DNA of 5,682 nucleotides from Escherichia coli (GTDB lineage Bacteria; Pseudomonadota; Gammaproteobacteria; Enterobacterales; Enterobacteriaceae): NCBI RefSeq assembly GCF_003334785.1, contig NZ_QOWV01000042.1; one strand, 5' to 3'. Shown piece by piece: positions 5,653 to 5,682 of this stretch (position 1 is its first letter; each line of letters starts with the position of its first letter). The notes under the pieces were generated by a model. It saw only the letters and a program-made list of their open reading frames with translations, ran no database searches and was not told where the DNA came from. The position numbers and the translations under genes were made by a program.

Positions 5653-5682
5653 CTAGTAATCGTACATCATCAGCTCAATTAA

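Noticed and set aside
5161-5682. 173-aa plus-strand ORF MVIAETDGFQALDLIVQIAVQ... through the repeat array
   Set aside because: It is the mirror frame of the minus-strand repeat gene. It starts with GTG and has no ATG, ribosome-binding site or unique N-terminal domain. At the left edge the same frame terminates after a few codons (..TLNIL*), whereas the minus-strand frame is preceded by AAGGAG-ATG and is operon-linked to the upstream gene.
1-5682. The window is a complete circular plasmid, with the end at 5682 joining position 1 inside the repeat gene
   Set aside because: Joining 5682 to 1 gives ..GDD-L-N-stop on the minus strand and does not continue the 75-bp periodicity. The sequences either side of the junction are paralogous rather than contiguous. 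Their N-terminal regions align to each other instead of abutting. The replicon must be somewhat larger.

Overview
This window reads as most of a small ColE1-family mobilizable plasmid, read on the + strand as the reverse complement of the usual pBR322 orientation. The backbone is recognisable from memory of ColE1/pBR322, with blocks of near-identity to pBR322. It comprises the RNAII primer promoter and transcript, antisense RNAI with its terminator hairpin, the ori RNA/DNA switch region, bom/oriT with a CTGG/CTTA nic motif, rom (63 aa, minus strand), the mbeC-mbeA-(mbeB, mbeD nested)-mbeE mobilisation cluster, and a cer-like XerCD multimer-resolution site. Two things are not ColE1-like. First, the MbeA relaxase gene is broken by a perfect 26-bp tandem duplication at 3427-3478, which shifts the frame by +2 so that the C-terminal 329-aa frame (3650..4639) continues it. 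Second, between the cer-like site and the RNAII promoter, where colicin plasmids carry their colicin/immunity/lysis cassette, there is a strikingly AT-rich minus-strand operon. It encodes a 388-416-aa protein with a PIN-like nuclease signature split by a roughly 190-aa insertion. Thirteen nucleotides after its stop, with an AAGGAG ribosome-binding site, begins a gene for a hyper-acidic protein built from near-identical 25-aa (75-bp) tandem repeats, and this gene runs off the left edge. A second, paralogous acidic-repeat ORF sits at the right edge (5101..5652), ending 14 bp from the cer core. Its 5' part runs off the right edge and carries an in-frame TAG at the codon that is AAG (Lys) in the left-edge paralogue. 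I consider this PIN-like nuclease plus tandem acidic-repeat protein module the candidate novel system. Its function is unassigned; a toxin or defence nuclease with a proteinaceous inhibitor or DNA mimic are the main hypotheses, and everything functional here is inference.
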